Virus record (IMG/VR): IMGVR_UViG_3300009155_000040
Location: 1 to 64,000 of that record
Reading direction: 5' to 3' (one strand)
Length of the DNA: 64,000 nucleotides
Origin: a virus
Below, in pieces: positions 62,651 to 64,000 of the stretch. A program made the translations under genes and the position numbers. The notes beneath the pieces were generated by a model that saw only the letters and a program-made list of their open reading frames with translations, did no database searches and was not told the origin of the DNA. Numbering within the stretch: position 1 is the first letter of the stretch; every line of letters begins with the position of its first letter.

Positions 62651-64000
62651 TAAACTAGTCCTTCGCCTTTGTCGTTAACCGCATATTCTTCTGCGGGGTT
62701 TGTTTTTGGTTTTTCTTGTTGTCCGTTAGATTGAACTGCTAATTGTTTAGATTTATCGTTAGCAATATTAGCAATATTATTAGGATTACTATCTTTAAAG
62801 TCTTGACTTTGCCCAACTTGTCTTATGCAGGTTAGTCGTTGTTTGAATACACCATCGTTAAAAGTATTTTCACACTGAGTAACTCTGTAGATTCCGCTGA
62901 ACGGACTTTCTTTACCCTTTGTAGGCCACTGATATAATCCTGTTTTTTCATCAATATCTGCAGGAGTTCTAAATGTTATGTAGATAAAAACATCTCCGCC
63001 TTCGTAGTTTAACGTTCCGTCTTCTGTTAAAAATCTACTCTTTGTACTAGTCCTAGCAAAATAATTTGAAATTCCGCTGTCTACCATCCAGTAAGGATCG
63101 CCAACGGTTTCTAAATTAACTTTAACTAGGTCGCCGGCGCCAGAGGAAATAAATGCCTGATGGAATGATTCTGCAACTTTTTGTTCTGTGTCTTGATCTC
63201 GTTGTCCGCCTGTGGGTTTTTTCAATTGCACCGGATCTTTTTTAACTCGACGTCTTCCATTAACCACTTCCAGTGCCTTGGGCCCCGAGGCTGTTTTATT
63301 AGTTGGTGTTTCTTTTCCGGGTGCTTCAGTAGTACCTTTTTGGTCTTGATTTACTACTTTGCCGCTGTTGGCTTCTGGTGATGAATTAATTCCTGTAAAG
63401 AATAAATTATCAATTGTAATATCAAATTTTAACACGTCTACATTTTTTCCAGTGTAGATATAATTGTATTGTTTAACTACTTGTTTTAACAGCTCGGAGT
63501 AGTCCATTGGCCCAGCGGTTGCAGGCGAAAACACAGAACGGTGAACTAGGAACGGCACAACTCTAAAAACATATTTGTAAGCATAGTCGCCTGTGTAAGG
63601 ATCAAGTGATTTTATCTGCACTTGGGTATCTAGTCGCCACCATTTGATAAAATCATTTACAAGATTTTTTGGATCTAGTGCTCGCTTTGCATACGTCGAA
63701 CTTAGAATAATTTGATTTATTATGGTTGTTAATTTTTGTTCTTGGGTAAATTGGAATGTTCGTGTTTTAGGATTGATAACCATGTTATCTCTGTTGACCA
63801 CTCCTGTTGCTTTATCAACCGAATCGCCAACTTGACTAAACGGGTAATTTCCTCCAGTGGATTTTCCTAGTGCAAAATCTGCCTTTCCGATGTCATTCTC
63901 TCCAAACTCGAGAACCACCGCAACATTTTTTCCGGTGACCTGTGCTGTTTCAGGGGCTTTAGGATCCGCTGTGGCTCTTTTTGTAACTCCCGGAATCTCG
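62650..64000 (-). CDS. Putative baseplate hub / tail-initiator protein (5' end outside the window)
   Basis: Frame is open to the window edge beyond 63918; …GDPYW…FRTP…FSGIYRVT..ENTF..G.F.Q.L.C.R upstream of gp5. Confidence 0.6.
   Translation of the reverse strand, partial: EIPGVTKRATADPKAPETAQVTGKNVAVVLEFGENDIGKADFALGKSTGGNYPFSQVGDSVDKATGVVNRDNMVINPKTRTFQFTQEQKLTTIINQIILSSTYAKRALDPKNLVNDFIKWWRLDTQVQIKSLDPYTGDYAYKYVFRVVPFLVHRSVFSPATAGPMDYSELLKQVVKQYNYIYTGKNVDVLKFDITIDNLFFTGINSSPEANSGKVVNQDQKGTTEAPGKETPTNKTASGPKALEVVNGRRRVKKDPVQLKKPTGGQRDQDTEQKVAESFHQAFISSGAGDLVKVNLETVGDPYWMVDSGISNYFARTSTKSRFLTEDGTLNYEGGDVFIYITFRTPADIDEKTGLYQWPTKGKESPFSGIYRVTQCENTFNDGVFKQRLTCIRQVGQSQDFKDSNPNNIANIANDKSKQLAVQSNGQQEKPKTNPAEEYAVNDKGEGLV

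Noticed and set aside
1-64000. Stop-codon reassignment, as in some jumbo phages
   Set aside because: Genes, including a 4637-aa ORF, are intact and tightly packed in the standard code with TAA, TGA and TAG all used as stops
1-64000. tRNA genes, CRISPR arrays, transposases or homing endonucleases
   Set aside because: Intergenic gaps are mostly under 80 nt; no cloverleaf, spaced direct repeats or HNH/GIY-YIG/LAGLIDADG motifs were recognised by eye (tRNAscan-SE not run)

Overview
Gene-dense, AT-rich fragment of a large T4-like (jumbo-type) myophage genome read in the standard genetic code. No tRNA, rRNA, CRISPR array or mobile element was seen. The + strand arm (1-22.5 kb) carries putative internal head proteins, a DsbA-like protein, a family B DNA polymerase, a sliding clamp and an RNase H/FEN nuclease. 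It also carries a dispersed 7-deazaguanine DNA-modification set: a TGT-fold DpdA-like enzyme, a QueD-paralog T-fold protein with L-x3-HRH-x-F, FolE and QueE. Interleaved with that set are a GT-B glycosyltransferase, a purine PRTase, a HIT hydrolase, an MBD4-like glycosylase, a cupin, a CDGSH-like protein and SGNH proteins. The - strand arm (22.5-64 kb) is a late baseplate/tail operon: hub, gp5-like spike, gp25, gp6, a 4637-aa wedge/adhesin, four paralogous fibre proteins and Gly/Thr-rich fibres. It runs directly into a block of glycosyltransferase-like, radical SAM and SGNH genes. The best candidates for undescribed systems are (1) a deazaguanine pathway with an embedded glycosyltransferase and (2) a late, tail-linked virion glycosylation cassette. 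Several cis-regulatory RNA structures are also visible. All family calls come from motif recognition by eye; no database search was run.
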